IMG/VR virus record: IMGVR_UViG_3300041991_000007
Location: 1 to 62,870 of that record
Reading direction: 5' to 3' (one strand)
Length of the DNA: 62,870 nucleotides
DNA from: a virus
Lineage: Duplodnaviria; Caudoviricetes
Below are positions 26,027 through 34,312 of the stretch, piece after piece. The translations under genes and the position numbers were made by a program. Below the pieces are notes generated by a model. The model did not search any database, was not told the origin of the DNA, and saw nothing but the letters and a program-made list of their open reading frames with translations. Within the stretch, counting starts at the first letter, position 1; every line of letters starts with the position of its first letter.

Positions 26027-26885
26027 TATCCAGACTCCTTTGCTTTTCGATCTGCTTATGTACCCACTTAACCGGGTCGTTTCCGAACTCATAAGCATCC
26101 GTCAAGTAACCGCCCTGCATCAGTATGTCTTGCGGTTCCATGTTTAGCAACTTACGAAAACGCTGCTCCCGTTCACTCCGATTATACCCGTTATCGGGAT
26201 GGCCGAATAACCAATCACATCCGGCACTGCTAACGCCTGTCGCTTGCTCGCTATTAGTGAACGCCATGCACCTGCAAAACTCCCGCGTTGCGAAGGCCGC
26301 AATGGTTGAATGCAAGTCAATCGGGTGAGTGTTAATCGGAACCACTCCGACATAACCTGCGCGGCCATGATATCTATTATCTAACGCGATTATTGCATAC
26401 AACTCGACTGGCCGTTCTTCCGCTGTCCGCATTACTAGCGCAGCCAGTCCAGCGGCGCGACGTTCTAGGTCATGCGTGCTAGTGCCGCCACTAACAACCG
26501 CCTCAATGTAATAGCGAATCGGCGCGGTGTTATCTTCCTCACTGTGCTTGACGCGCATGCTAAACGGATCGCCTGCCAGATAATCCGGCACTACTGGATA
26601 AGCGCCGAATGGTGACGGCTGCCAGTGCTGGCGGTCGCGGTCGCGATAGCTTGCGTCGATCTTTTCCACTAGCGCTTTCGCTTCGCGCATGTGCTGCTCG
26701 CCTATATTCTGCTCGCAGAATCGCACGGCTTCTCGCTCGCTAACGTGACCTAGGAACGATTGACGCCCGCCATACTGCCGCCCTTCGCCTTTCTCGCTGT
26801 ACCTGTACCACTCGGTTACGTTGTCAAACCGCTGCATGACAATCGGCAAGCTGCCGTATATATCATTGTGATTAGTGACGATCAT
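26019..26885 (-). CDS. Partner of the AAA+ ATPase, possibly a degenerate vWA domain
   Basis: Immediately follows the MoxR-type ATPase; GAYP.VP.YL.G.P.SM motif and an alpha/beta pattern. Confidence 0.55.
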   Translation of the reverse strand: MIVTNHNDIYGSLPIVMQRFDNVTEWYRYSEKGEGRQYGGRQSFLGHVSEREAVRFCEQNIGEQHMREAKALVEKIDASYRDRDRQHWQPSPFGAYPVVPDYLAGDPFSMRVKHSEEDNTAPIRYYIEAVVSGGTSTHDLERRAAGLAALVMRTAEERPVELYAIIALDNRYHGRAGYVGVVPINTHPIDLHSTIAAFATREFCRCMAFTNSEQATGVSSAGCDWLFGHPDNGYNRSEREQRFRKLLNMEPQDILMQGGYLTDAYEFGNDPVKWVHKQIEKQRSLDNE

Positions 26886-26886
26886 A

Positions 26887-28290
26887 TCAGCGCACTCCCG
26901 CTTTAATCTTTACGTTGTTCCACTGGTCATCGCTCAAGCCTTTGCGAACCGTCATATTAATTACCGCTTCGCGATCCACTCCACTAGCTAGCAGCGCATT
27001 ACCGCGCAATGATGCACGCGGGGTAACTAGATGTTTAACACCAGCGGCCTTGCATGCTGCCCGGATTTTCTGGACATAGTTTGTCCATTCATTATCGCCA
27101 GCAATAGCGCGTTCCAGTATTTCATCATACTGCCAGTCAAGCATGATGAAACGATCAACCGTTGCCGCGTCAATCTTTGTGCGCCCGACATATTCATGCG
27201 TCGCACCAGTGCCGTAAGTATTAGCGGCTGCAATGAATCGGCAATCAGCGTGCATCTTAACCACGCCATCGGGAAACACGCATTCCCCGTTTTCAAGCGC
27301 CGCATTAAACGCCACTAGTGCCGCTGGATTGCTGGCGTCTACTTCGTCCCAAAGAAACACGCCGCCATTTTCGTATGCTTCGCGAAACGTGGTGCGATGG
27401 TATGTGCCGCCAGCGTCAATAAACCCTAGCAACTGATAAACATTATCCACTGCGCCCGTATGATGGAACGCAATATCAAACGCCTTTGCCGCATGCTTTG
27501 CTGCCGTCGTCTTACCTGATCCAGCGGGGCCGGGCATCCAAATGGGAAAGCCTGCCTGCATTGCCTTAATCAGTGTCGGAAATAGCTTATGTTGCATCCC
27601 CAAGTCTTGCGCCGTCGTCGTGCCGTCCGGGTCTTTATGATGGACAGTAACGATTGTCGGCTTTACGGTTTTATTCGCTTCGTCGCGTGCGATTGCCCTG
27701 ACTTGCGCTTCGTCAATCGCTGGCGCTTGTGGCGTGAGTGCCGCCATTAATGCCGCCAGTGCGGCTTGCGCACCTTCGGGCATACCTTCGGGCAGGGTAG
27801 GCACTGGCGCAGCCTTAGCGGGCAAATTCTGCGGCTGTGCTGCCGTACCTTGCGACCGCTTCGCGCCTTGCGGTACAGGGATATCATCGGAAAGGATCGC
27901 GGCAATTTCGCCTGCTAATTCATCATCGGCATTATCCACGGGTTCGGGTTCCTGATTGTTGGCGGTAGGATCATCCATGTTTATAAACGTGGTTAGTGGC
28001 CTACCCTTTTTATTAGGGTTATTTGAGTACGCTTCGGCGCGTGCCTCATACTTCGGCAAATATTCCGCAAGCTTTTCTGCGGCTCGCGCATTAGCGTCTG
28101 CCCTAACGGCTAGATCATTCGCATAGTGCGCTTTAAATGGCCGCTCGTACTTAGACTGCCAATTAGTAACAGTGCCGAATACATCGCGTTCAAGCCTTTC
28201 AATGTCGCCGGTAATCAGGTTGGCAATGCGCAGTGCCGTGTTATTACGAAACGCAAAAGAGATAACAGACATGATTTTATGCTCCGTCAA
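26887..28290 (-). CDS. MoxR/CbbQ/CobS-like AAA+ ATPase
   Basis: GPAGSGKT, FLWDEVD, FIAAANT and DAATVDRF motifs. Confidence 0.88.
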   Translation of the reverse strand: MTEHKIMSVISFAFRNNTALRIANLITGDIERLERDVFGTVTNWQSKYERPFKAHYANDLAVRADANARAAEKLAEYLPKYEARAEAYSNNPNKKGRPLTTFINMDDPTANNQEPEPVDNADDELAGEIAAILSDDIPVPQGAKRSQGTAAQPQNLPAKAAPVPTLPEGMPEGAQAALAALMAALTPQAPAIDEAQVRAIARDEANKTVKPTIVTVHHKDPDGTTTAQDLGMQHKLFPTLIKAMQAGFPIWMPGPAGSGKTTAAKHAAKAFDIAFHHTGAVDNVYQLLGFIDAGGTYHRTTFREAYENGGVFLWDEVDASNPAALVAFNAALENGECVFPDGVVKMHADCRFIAAANTYGTGATHEYVGRTKIDAATVDRFIMLDWQYDEILERAIAGDNEWTNYVQKIRAACKAAGVKHLVTPRASLRGNALLASGVDREAVINMTVRKGLSDDQWNNVKIKAGVR

Positions 28291-28335
28291 TTGTATTGCC
28301 TAGACTCGCCTAGGCGCGTTTGGTACGTGGTTAAC

Positions 28336-28668
28336 TTAGAACGTGAAGCCTGCCAGCACTAGGACCGAACCGCTGCGATATTGGCAATGGTTCATATTGT
28401 CAAAGTCGATCAATTCATATTTGCCATGCTTGCCGAAGCCACGGCAATAATCGCCCTTAATCCATGTTGTCTTATATTCCTTCGTGTAGCCTTTGCCGTC
28501 GCACTCGCTGCAATCGTTATGCTCGCAAGTCTCAGGATTAAGCTGCAATCCTTTACCCGCACAACCTTCGCACAAGTCCACTCGCCGGATATATTCGCCC
28601 TTCGGTAATGCTTTGATCGCATACAATCCAAGCGGGGCAGTGTTTACCTTCGTGATTTTCTTTACCAT
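28336..28668 (-). CDS. Hypothetical protein with CxxCxGxG zinc-finger insert
   Basis: CEGCAGKG and CSECDGKG; GGGAG RBS before ATG 28668. Confidence 0.65.
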   Translation of the reverse strand: MVKKITKVNTAPLGLYAIKALPKGEYIRRVDLCEGCAGKGLQLNPETCEHNDCSECDGKGYTKEYKTTWIKGDYCRGFGKHGKYELIDFDNMNHCQYRSGSVLVLAGFTF

Positions 28669-28727
28669 TGCATTAACTCCCATGATGGTCTTGCGGATGG
28701 ATGAACGCATGCGCGCTCGCGGTCTTT

Positions 28728-28756
28728 AGTGTAGCTGGTATGGGCTAGTGCGGCAA
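28728..28756 (-). promoter_or_regulatory. sigma70-like promoter TTGCCG-17-TACACT
   Basis: Upstream of the early operon. Confidence 0.55.
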
Positions 28757-28779
28757 GCGTTCCATGTGCTTGATTTTCC

Positions 28780-29430
28780 TAGCGTTTCTAGTGCTGGCCG
28801 TGTTTCGTCCATGTGACCGGCTCGCAGCTCAAGTGCCGCCGTGTTTCCATTAGGTGTACCGATTGCACTAGCAGGAAACAAAAGAAACAAGCGCAGTAGT
28901 ACATTCAACAATGTTTCGCTTGTTTCGTGTTAGTGCAAGCTACAAAAACAAATTAGTTAAATCAGTTAGTTAGCGGCGCGTGTTTCGTGTTTCGCTGGCG
29001 ACATATACAGGTCGCAAGTATCAGGGTGTTTCCGCACTGCACTGACTGGATTAACTAGGCGGCTCGATATCGTGAAACACGGGGGAACGTGGTGCGCTTT
29101 TGTGCTCGCCTATAAACTGCTTATAAAACTCAAGAAACAGAAACAAATTCCGTCGCAGCCCTTGGTGTACAAGCGTTTCGCATTTGTTTCTGGCAAGTTA
29201 TCCACATTAGGCAAAACACCGATTTACTGGCAAATCAGGCACTTAATCATGCCCCGCGCGTTTCTATCCACAACCCCCAGAAGATACAAACTAGACCGAC
29301 TTAGCCTAGTTAATGGCTTAACCGTGCCGATATAAACTAATGCCCCTGTTTACCCGCAAAACTTTCTGCGGTTATATCGGTACGGTCTGCGCATTAAAGA
29401 AACACGGCCTAGCGTTTCCGCGTTTCTATG
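28780..29430. repeat. Non-coding array of GAAAC(A)/(T)GTTTC motifs with DnaA box
   Basis: More than 15 copies in both orientations; TTATCCACA at 29198-29206. Confidence 0.7.
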
Positions 29431-29442
29431 TTGTGACCATTA

Positions 29443-29928
29443 TTACATTAGGCCACGCGCCGCCATACTTACCGGCTCACCTTCACCCACAACTAAATGA
29501 TCTAGCACTCGCACGCCGACATATTTTAGTGCTGCCATTAGTTCGTGAGTTATTGCCCTATCCGCTGCGCTAGGTTCTGCCACGCCAGACGGATGATTAT
29601 GGGTGAATATGCAAGCCGCTGCATTATGCTCCAAAGCGCTGCGCACAACTTCACGCGGATGCACACTAGCGCCGTCGATTGTGCCTTGAAACATCTCCTC
29701 AAAGTCTAACACTCTATGCCGGTTATCCAGCCAGATAACACAAAACGCTTCGGACTTGTAACCGGCAAAGTGTAGCCGTGCATAATCACCAGAATCGCGC
29801 GGATTACCTAGGCTTATTAATCCTACCCTTACGCGATCGTTTAGGATATCCAGCGCACAGCGTATTACTTCGTCTTGTTCCTGCGTATTCATATTGCGGA
29901 TTAGTTTATTAATGATTTTGCGTGCCAT
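29443..29928 (-). CDS. radC: RadC-like JAB domain protein
   Basis: E.F...LD, GTID...VHPREV, HNHPSG...PS.AD, LDHLVVG motifs. Confidence 0.92.
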   Translation of the reverse strand: MARKIINKLIRNMNTQEQDEVIRCALDILNDRVRVGLISLGNPRDSGDYARLHFAGYKSEAFCVIWLDNRHRVLDFEEMFQGTIDGASVHPREVVRSALEHNAAACIFTHNHPSGVAEPSAADRAITHELMAALKYVGVRVLDHLVVGEGEPVSMAARGLM

Positions 29929-30028
29929 GTTATTAACTCCCATGTTATTTAGTCCCGCACAATGCGGGGCAGACTTTATTGCGGAGTATTAATCGTATTA
30001 TTAATACCCTAACCGGAGCGCGTTAAAA

Positions 30029-30082
30029 CAAGGGGCGCCCCTTGCCCTGATTTAATTATACTCGCACCATTATATTAATCAA
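30029..30082 (-). promoter_or_regulatory. sigma70-like promoter TTGATT-16-TATAAT followed by a 16-bp perfect palindrome
   Basis: -35 at 30077-30082, -10 at 30055-30060, CAAGGGGCGCCCCTTG at 30029-30044. Confidence 0.6.
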
Positions 30083-30327
30083 CCTGCCCCGATTAAACCG
30101 CGCCCCTATTATGTCCGCGCCTGCCTTATTCGACCCTCCTTGACCGACCCCCATGCGGACCACGGCCCGCCCCGCACCCCTCGTACTCCGCCAAACCACC
30201 GTCCGACACTCATATCTGAGCACTTTTTAGAAAATCTTAGTCGAGGATACTGCGGAGAATTCTTATCCTTAAAATATTATATATCTCAAAATTATTTTTG
30301 CCCCCGGAAAAGATCGGGCCTACCCAC

Positions 30328-30356
30328 TTGCTATCTCTCGCGGCTACCTACATACT
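30328..30356 (+). promoter_or_regulatory. sigma70-like promoter TTGCTA-17-CATACT for the packaging operon
   Basis: Upstream of the first plus-strand gene. Confidence 0.5.
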
Positions 30357-30399
30357 AGGCGTACATCAGCCACACCTTGTTGAATCTTATACTGTATCT

Positions 30400-31062
30400 A
30401 TGTCAGCCACACTTACGCACCCTGCACCTATGCCAAGTACATTTAGGGACTCAGTAGCCCTAAGAGCTAGGAATCTCAGATTCCGTGGCATAGGAAACCC
30501 ATTCACATTTTTGGCAGAGATTGGTTTAGTACCGATCAAAGAGTACATATATCGTGGGGCTACAATCATTGACCTGGCAGATGAACTAAATCTACCCGTC
30601 ACCACAATACGTACATGGATAGAAGAGAATGGATATCAGGGGGAGTTAGAGGAAGCTAGCACGCTATCGGCAGAAGGTTATATACGCCAAGGCGAGTTAA
30701 TGCTTAAGTCCGCAGAGAACAAGTTTAACTTGGATAAAGCGAAAGCCATGATCGAGCATGGGCGCTGGATGGCATCTAAGAAAGATAAGAAGACTTATGG
30801 GCAGAGTGCTGCGGAAGTAGGCCAGCAAGCAGCAGTATCTTACACGTTCCTTATAGGGGATAATGCAGCCATACAGGTAAATGGGAACCCACATGGGCCT
30901 GATGCACGCGCACTGAATGTAGAGAAGCCGAATGACACGCCAGTAGAGTTTAGGTTGGGAGATACTAATCCGTTCCAAGTTGAACGACCGCCTGACTACT
31001 TACAGCGAACACACTCTGACTTTCCTGTAGTAGCTCCTATCGACAACCCGGATGAAGTGTAA
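30400..31062 (+). CDS. terS: Terminase small subunit (putative)
   Basis: HTH-like segment and RWMASK...YG motif; directly precedes TerL. Start uncertain. Confidence 0.7.
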   Translation: MSATLTHPAPMPSTFRDSVALRARNLRFRGIGNPFTFLAEIGLVPIKEYIYRGATIIDLADELNLPVTTIRTWIEENGYQGELEEASTLSAEGYIRQGELMLKSAENKFNLDKAKAMIEHGRWMASKKDKKTYGQSAAEVGQQAAVSYTFLIGDNAAIQVNGNPHGPDARALNVEKPNDTPVEFRLGDTNPFQVERPPDYLQRTHSDFPVVAPIDNPDEV

Positions 31063-32564
31063 TGGATGCCGACGATCTAATCCTTGCACAGAAGCCAGAC
31101 TTTAAGAAGACAGCGCTAGCTAATGCGTCTAAGGCGTTTGTCTATAAAGCAGAGCCTACTTTAACGCGATTACATAACGATCGCGGGTTAGACTTGCAGT
31201 ACATAGAAGGCCCAGTAGGTTCGGGTAAGTCTACTGGTTGTATGATGGAAGTGCTGATGCGTGCAATGCGCCAGCAGCCAGATGACCAGAATGTACGCCG
31301 TAGTCGATGGGTGTTTGTGCGTAATACGTATCCTGAGCTTAAGACCACAACAATTAAGACGTGGCAGCAGTGGGTGCCAAACGATATTGCGCCCATAGTG
31401 TACTCGATGCCGATACAATGCCGCTTCAAGCAGAAGATGGCAGATGGTACTAGCGTAGACCTTGAGATATATTTCATGGCGCTAGATACCGCAGAAGACG
31501 TTAAGAAGCTACTGTCACTGGAACTTACAGGCGCGTATATAAACGAAGGTCGTGAGATTCCTGTAGAAATTGTAGATGGTCTTCTAGAACGTATTGACCG
31601 ATATCCAGAAACAAAGAAAGATGCTGAGGGCAATAAATTATTCGGCGCTACTGAGCCGGGCATTATTGTGGACTCAAACCCACCACGCACAACTCACTGG
31701 TGCTATACAAAGTTTGAGGAAGGTTCGACACCAGAAGGATGGCGCCGGTATAAACAGCCACCTGCCGTATTCTGGAATGGGGAGGGTTGGGAGCTAAATC
31801 CTGACGCAGAGAATCTAAGCCACCTATCTGACAACTATTACATGCGTCAGATGGCTAAGAGCGAAGAAGCCATCCGTGTGAACCTTGCTGGTGAGTATGG
31901 TATGACTCGCCGTGGTAAGCCAGTCTTCTCTAAATTCTCGGAAATGAAGCATGTTGCGAAAGAGATTATATTACCTAGGCGTGGCACTAGCATACTTCTT
32001 GGCATTGACTTTGGCCTCACTCCTGCATGTATTATTGCTCAGTTAAACTTTAAAGGATTAGTTTTACTTGATGAGCTACCCGCAACAGATGAAAGCTTAG
32101 AAGACTTCCTAGATAACTATATACTTCCTCTACTACGAAATAAGTATAGCGGCTATAGTGTAGTAGCTAGCGGCGATCCGGCTGGCGGTCAAAGGTCTGG
32201 ATTAACTAAGATGACTGCTATACAGATGATGACTATGCGGGGTATTAAGACATACCCTGCATTGACTAATAAGTTTTCTACACGTAAAGAAGCAGTAGAC
32301 TTCTTCTTAGGTCGTGATGAAGGATTTGTTATTAGTCCACATCTAACACATACCCGCGAAGTAATGGGGGCAGGTTACGTATGGAAAGAGACACGTAACA
32401 ATCAAGGCAAGGTATTAGATATCGCAGATAAGAATGAGTTTTCGCATATGGCGGACGCGATTCAGTATCTTGCATTGTACGCACGTCATGGCGCGGGCAG
32501 TGGCATGCGGGCGCTAGGGTCGAACGTGGTCACACCGAAAGCCCCGGCGCACCTGTGGGCTTGA
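31062..32564 (+). CDS. terL: Terminase large subunit
   Basis: GPVGSGKS Walker A, RNTYPEL, DSNPP, GIDFG, GDPAG and SHMADA.QY motifs. Confidence 0.93.
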   Translation: MDADDLILAQKPDFKKTALANASKAFVYKAEPTLTRLHNDRGLDLQYIEGPVGSGKSTGCMMEVLMRAMRQQPDDQNVRRSRWVFVRNTYPELKTTTIKTWQQWVPNDIAPIVYSMPIQCRFKQKMADGTSVDLEIYFMALDTAEDVKKLLSLELTGAYINEGREIPVEIVDGLLERIDRYPETKKDAEGNKLFGATEPGIIVDSNPPRTTHWCYTKFEEGSTPEGWRRYKQPPAVFWNGEGWELNPDAENLSHLSDNYYMRQMAKSEEAIRVNLAGEYGMTRRGKPVFSKFSEMKHVAKEIILPRRGTSILLGIDFGLTPACIIAQLNFKGLVLLDELPATDESLEDFLDNYILPLLRNKYSGYSVVASGDPAGGQRSGLTKMTAIQMMTMRGIKTYPALTNKFSTRKEAVDFFLGRDEGFVISPHLTHTREVMGAGYVWKETRNNQGKVLDIADKNEFSHMADAIQYLALYARHGAGSGMRALGSNVVTPKAPAHLWA

Positions 32565-32589
32565 CGGCCTGTGCGCGAGTCTCTAGGGT
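32561..32589 (+). promoter_or_regulatory. Possible sigma70-like promoter TTGACG-17-TAGGGT
   Basis: Between terL and the endolysin; weak -10 box. Confidence 0.4.
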
Positions 32590-32617
32590 TGGACTATCGG
32601 CACATCGGGGCAAGAGT

Positions 32618-33097
32618 ATGGACGGCATCCAGTTAGGTGTTTACGTGGTTAATAAAACACTAACAGAATTATTTGCACCTAAGTTTGACAGCCCTAGTGC
32701 TAGGATTCAGTTGCTAGCTACTGGACTACAAGAATCTAAATTCATAGATCGAGTGCAAAGGGGCAATGGCCCAGCACATAGTTTATGGCAAGAAGAACCC
32801 AATGGAATTAAAGCGGTACTAGGGCATAGAGTTGTAGGCCCAATTCTAGTAGATATCTGCAACAAGTTAGGAGTATCAGCAGATTGGGAAACTATATACA
32901 AGGAAGTAATTAACAACGATGAACTTGCTTGCAGTGTCGCTAGGTTAATTCTGTACGCAGATGGTAACCCACTACCACAGGTAGGAGATAGCGATGGTGC
33001 TTGGCAGTGTTACATTCGTAATTGGAGGCCCGGTAGACCGCGTGTCGAGTCTTGGGCCGCAAACTACGCGCTTGCGCAGGAGCAGGTCGATGGCTGA
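32618..33097 (+). CDS. Endolysin, lysozyme-like fold
   Basis: QES..R.Q..GPA.SLWQ.E motif; heads a string of membrane/spanin genes. Confidence 0.7.
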   Translation: MDGIQLGVYVVNKTLTELFAPKFDSPSARIQLLATGLQESKFIDRVQRGNGPAHSLWQEEPNGIKAVLGHRVVGPILVDICNKLGVSADWETIYKEVINNDELACSVARLILYADGNPLPQVGDSDGAWQCYIRNWRPGRPRVESWAANYALAQEQVDG

Positions 33098-33425
33098 TTT
33101 GCCGGACGGTACAGGTTTGTTGGGTGTACTCGGCACAGGCGTAGCAGGAATAGCAGCAGGGTTTTTACTATTACGTAAATACCTTTCAGGGGATTCCGTA
33201 GAGCGCGCAGGTAATGACGCACAACTACAGATCATAACAATGCTGCAAGAGCAGGTTAAGCAAGAGCGTTTGCGTGCCGATCAAGCAGTAGCCGCTAGGG
33301 ATGCGGCAGTAGAGCAGATTAGTCAATTACGTGCTCAAGTTGCGCAACTATCTGTACAAGTTCAGAGTTTACAAAATCAAATCTCTACAGCTGGAGCGGT
33401 ACAAAATAACGTGCCGAAGCAGTAA
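33090..33425 (+). CDS. Holin-like membrane protein with coiled coil
   Basis: One N-terminal TM helix; position in the lysis cassette. Confidence 0.55.
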   Translation: MADLPDGTGLLGVLGTGVAGIAAGFLLLRKYLSGDSVERAGNDAQLQIITMLQEQVKQERLRADQAVAARDAAVEQISQLRAQVAQLSVQVQSLQNQISTAGAVQNNVPKQ

Positions 33426-33676
33426 TGACTACCCACGAATGGTGTAAGCACCATCAAGGTTGGTTAGGCGCACTGATGCTATGTATCGGTGCGTTCGCTA
33501 TTGGGAGTCTTACTACCACTATAATTGAAGGTAGAATCAATAAACGACTCTCCGCACAAGAGACTATTAATTCTGCGCAAGATCAAATGATGGTAGCAAA
33601 TAGAAAGACAATAGAAGATTTACGTAGTAGAATACGTATACTAGAACAGGATAAGTGCTATGATGGAAAGCATTAA
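33425..33676 (+). CDS. Lysis-cassette membrane protein
   Basis: One TM helix followed by a coiled coil. Confidence 0.5.
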   Translation: MTTHEWCKHHQGWLGALMLCIGAFAIGSLTTTIIEGRINKRLSAQETINSAQDQMMVANRKTIEDLRSRIRILEQDKCYDGKH

Positions 33677-34040
33677 GCCATACCTATGGATAGCAGAACT
33701 AGTCTTAGTAGGACTACTGGCATTCTGCTGTGTCATGGCTGGTTACAACTACGCGCATAAAGATGTAGCATTAGTACAGAGTAAATTAGATACTGCAAAT
33801 GATGCTATAGCGCAAAGAGATAAAACCATAAAAGATTTTGAAGCCGCTACTAAGCAAGCCCAAGCTGATGAAGCTGCGGCTAAATTAAGAGAAGCTAAAG
33901 CAAAAGAAGATTTAGCTACTTTTAAAGCGGACAATAAAAAGAAAGATACAGCCTTTACGAAAAGCACAATTAGTATCGTAAAGAAACCAGAATGCGCAGT
34001 GCTTAAGGAGCGCTTATGTCCAGCCGCTATGGGATACTAA
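33660..34040 (+). CDS. Inner-membrane spanin (Rz-like)
   Basis: N-terminal TM helix, Ala-rich coiled coil, C-terminal Cys. Confidence 0.75.
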   Translation: MMESIKPYLWIAELVLVGLLAFCCVMAGYNYAHKDVALVQSKLDTANDAIAQRDKTIKDFEAATKQAQADEAAAKLREAKAKEDLATFKADNKKKDTAFTKSTISIVKKPECAVLKERLCPAAMGY

Positions 34041-34312
34041 TACTAGCCCTAGGACTAGTAGGCTGTGGTCAAACTAGGCCAACTCAAATACATGAGGTAC
34101 AAGTTCCAGTCTATAAGTATGTAGCTGTACCTGCTAAATATACAGCACATATAGATATAGCAGAGCCGGTAGTCACAGAAGAATGTGGCCCGGCTGATAC
34201 TGTATGTGAAATGCGTCAAGTCGCATATAAGCGCAAACTAGGGTTGCAGCAATGCAATAAACAACTTGACGAAATAATGTTTATTCAAGGGAAAGATACT
34301 AATGGCAACTGA
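34016..34312 (+). CDS. Outer-membrane spanin lipoprotein (Rz1-like)
   Basis: Signal peptide with lipobox LVGC; LQQCN.QL; overlaps the i-spanin. Confidence 0.8.
   Translation: MSSRYGILILALGLVGCGQTRPTQIHEVQVPVYKYVAVPAKYTAHIDIAEPVVTEECGPADTVCEMRQVAYKRKLGLQQCNKQLDEIMFIQGKDTNGN

Noticed and set aside
28780-29430. CRISPR or mini-array (GAAAC resembles repeat ends)
   Set aside because: Motifs are only 5-7 nt, irregularly spaced and in both orientations; the Cas4-like gene is an ordinary phage exonuclease.
28726-29573. Short ORFs in the control region (28726-28911, 29072-29335, 29340-29573)
   Set aside because: No recognisable motifs or clear RBS; they overlap the promoter, the repeat array or radC.
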